DNA from: Pseudomonadota bacterium
GTDB lineage: Bacteria; Pseudomonadota; Alphaproteobacteria; Rhodobacterales; Rhodobacteraceae
Reading direction: 5' to 3'
DNA length: 64,000 nucleotides
Assembly (NCBI GenBank): GCA_038749815.1
Contig: JBCDHQ010000001.1
Location: 2,925-66,924, forward strand
Shown here: piece after piece, positions 62,555-64,000 of the stretch
Position numbering within the stretch: the stretch's first letter is position 1
Layout of the letters: every line of letters begins with the position of its first letter
Notes under the pieces: generated by a model
Told to the model about the DNA's origin: nothing
What the model saw: only the letters and a program-made list of their open reading frames with translations
The model's database searches: none
Translations under genes and position numbers: made by a program

Positions 62555-64000
62555 ATGGATATTATTGTCACCACAGGAGTTATCGCCGCCCTCTTTCTCG
62601 TCATCGGGATCGCAGAACCGCTCGCGGCCCGCCTGCGCCTGCCCTACACGGTGATCCTCGCGCTCATCGGGATCCTCATCGCAACGGGCGCTGTCTTCTT
62701 TTTACGCACCGATCTCACGGATGCTGTGAATCCGATCGCCGAGGCCGTCGTCGCCCTGCCGATCCGCTCCAACGTGTTTCTCTACGTGTTCCTGCCGACC
62801 CTCCTCTTTCAGGCAGCGCTCTGCACGGATGTCCGCCGGATGCTGGACGATTGGGTGCCGATCGTGGTGCTCGCCGTTGTGGCCGTCGCCGTGGCGACAG
62901 CCGCGGTGGGCTTTGCGCTCGCCCTCGTCAGCACATTGCCGCTCGTTGTCTGCCTGCTGATCGGCTCAATCGTGTCGACCACCGATCCCTCGGCGGTGGT
63001 CAGCATCTTCCGCTCGATCTCGGCCCCGCAGCGCCTCGCCCGCCTGATTGAGGGGGAGAGCCTGTTGAACGATGCCGCGGCCATCGCGCTCTTCGGCCTG
63101 TTCCTTGCCTATGTCATGATCGGCATTCCGGACCCAACCCTCAGCGACGCGTTGTGGCAGTTTCCGGTCTTGATCTTCGGCGGCGCCTTCGTGGGCTGGC
63201 TTGCCGCGCGCATCGCCGTCTGGCTGATGGCGCTCGTGCCCCGCCACGAGCTGGCCCAGCTCTCGATCTCCGTCGCGCTTCCCTATCTGGCCTACATCTC
63301 GGCTGAGCAGAGCGTTGGCGCCTCCGGCGTCATCGCAGTCGTCGTGGCCGGCATGACCCTCAACATGAACGGCCCCGGGCGCCTCTCCCCGGCCACCTGG
63401 TCAACGCTGCAGGAGGTCTGGACCCTGCTCGCGCATTGGGCGGGCGGTCTGATCTTCATCCTGGCCGCCCTCCTCATCCCGCGCCTCCTGGAGGAGGTTC
63501 GTCCCTCCGACATCATCCTGCTGCTGACAGTGACGCTTGCGGCCCTCTCAGCGCGCGCTGTGATCCTCTTCGGGATGATCCCCCTCCTGGCGCGGATGCG
63601 CGTCTCGCCACCGATCAGCCGCCCCTACAGGACGGCAATCCTCTGGGGCGGGCTCCGCGGCGCGGTGACCCTCGCACTGGCGCTCGCCGTGACCGAGAGC
63701 ATCCGCGTTCCGGTCGAGACCAAGCGGCTCGTGGCAATCCTGGCAACGGGCTTCACGCTCTTCACACTGCTGGTCCAGGGCACCACGCTCCGCGCGTTGA
63801 TCGGCTCTCTCGGCCTCGACCGGCTGTCCCCGATCGACCAAGCGCTCTCCAAGCAAGTCGTCGCCGTCTCCCTCCAGACCGTGCGCGAGGATGTCGCGCG
63901 CACGACCGAGACCTATGATCTGACCCACGACATCGTCCGCTCCGAGGCGAAGGCTTTTGGCGAGCGGCTGGATGCCGCCGTCCACGCCGCGGATGAAAGC
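62555..64000 (+). CDS. CPA1/NhaP-type cation:proton antiporter (runs off the window end)
   Basis: MDIIVTTGVIAALFLVIG..., FLPTLLFQ, STTDPSAV, IEGESLLNDAAAI, WGGLRGAVTLALAL and LVQGTTL motifs; not in the ORF track because there is no stop codon in the window. Confidence 0.92.
   Translation, partial: MDIIVTTGVIAALFLVIGIAEPLAARLRLPYTVILALIGILIATGAVFFLRTDLTDAVNPIAEAVVALPIRSNVFLYVFLPTLLFQAALCTDVRRMLDDWVPIVVLAVVAVAVATAAVGFALALVSTLPLVVCLLIGSIVSTTDPSAVVSIFRSISAPQRLARLIEGESLLNDAAAIALFGLFLAYVMIGIPDPTLSDALWQFPVLIFGGAFVGWLAARIAVWLMALVPRHELAQLSISVALPYLAYISAEQSVGASGVIAVVVAGMTLNMNGPGRLSPATWSTLQEVWTLLAHWAGGLIFILAALLIPRLLEEVRPSDIILLLTVTLAALSARAVILFGMIPLLARMRVSPPISRPYRTAILWGGLRGAVTLALALAVTESIRVPVETKRLVAILATGFTLFTLLVQGTTLRALIGSLGLDRLSPIDQALSKQVVAVSLQTVREDVARTTETYDLTHDIVRSEAKAFGERLDAAVHAADES

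Overview
High-GC alphaproteobacterial (Rhodobacterales-like, by gene content) chromosomal window. The left end (1-7.2 kb) carries tamB (frameshifted in a C run), yihY, a Crp/Fnr regulator and a Wzc-type tyrosine kinase/metallophosphatase pair. About 52 kb of accessory DNA lies between two convergent tRNAs: tRNA-Arg(CCT) at 7416-7492 (+) and tRNA-Lys(TTT) at 59234-59309 (-). This region is a mosaic of cargo modules: MFS/LysR, cpdB, LysR/azoreductase, VIT1 plus a TroABCD-type Mn/Zn/Fe ABC transporter, an ankyrin-repeat gene with a structured leader, an RND pump with TetR, a two-regulator sulfur/PLP cluster, a phosphoester-scavenging ABC operon and a decayed peptide ABC operon. The modules are separated by strongly eroded IS3, IS5, IS6, IS21 and IS1595 relics. 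The three best candidates for an undescribed system are: (i) a promoter, an SD-sequestering switch-like 5' leader and an ankyrin protein with a distinct N-terminal helical domain (22.15-24.0 kb); (ii) a wHTH-TPR / SARP-TPR regulator pair with two families of helically phased operator repeats, controlling a secreted His/Cys protein, DsrE, DUF1127, a small membrane peptide, a cysteine synthase-glutaredoxin fusion and a PLP decarboxylase (32.9-41.5 kb); (iii) an IS1595-type transporter IS carrying a decayed RosmerTA-like ImmA/IrrE + PIN pair next to tRNA-Lys. All calls come from motif recognition by eye; no database searches were run, and relic boundaries are approximate.
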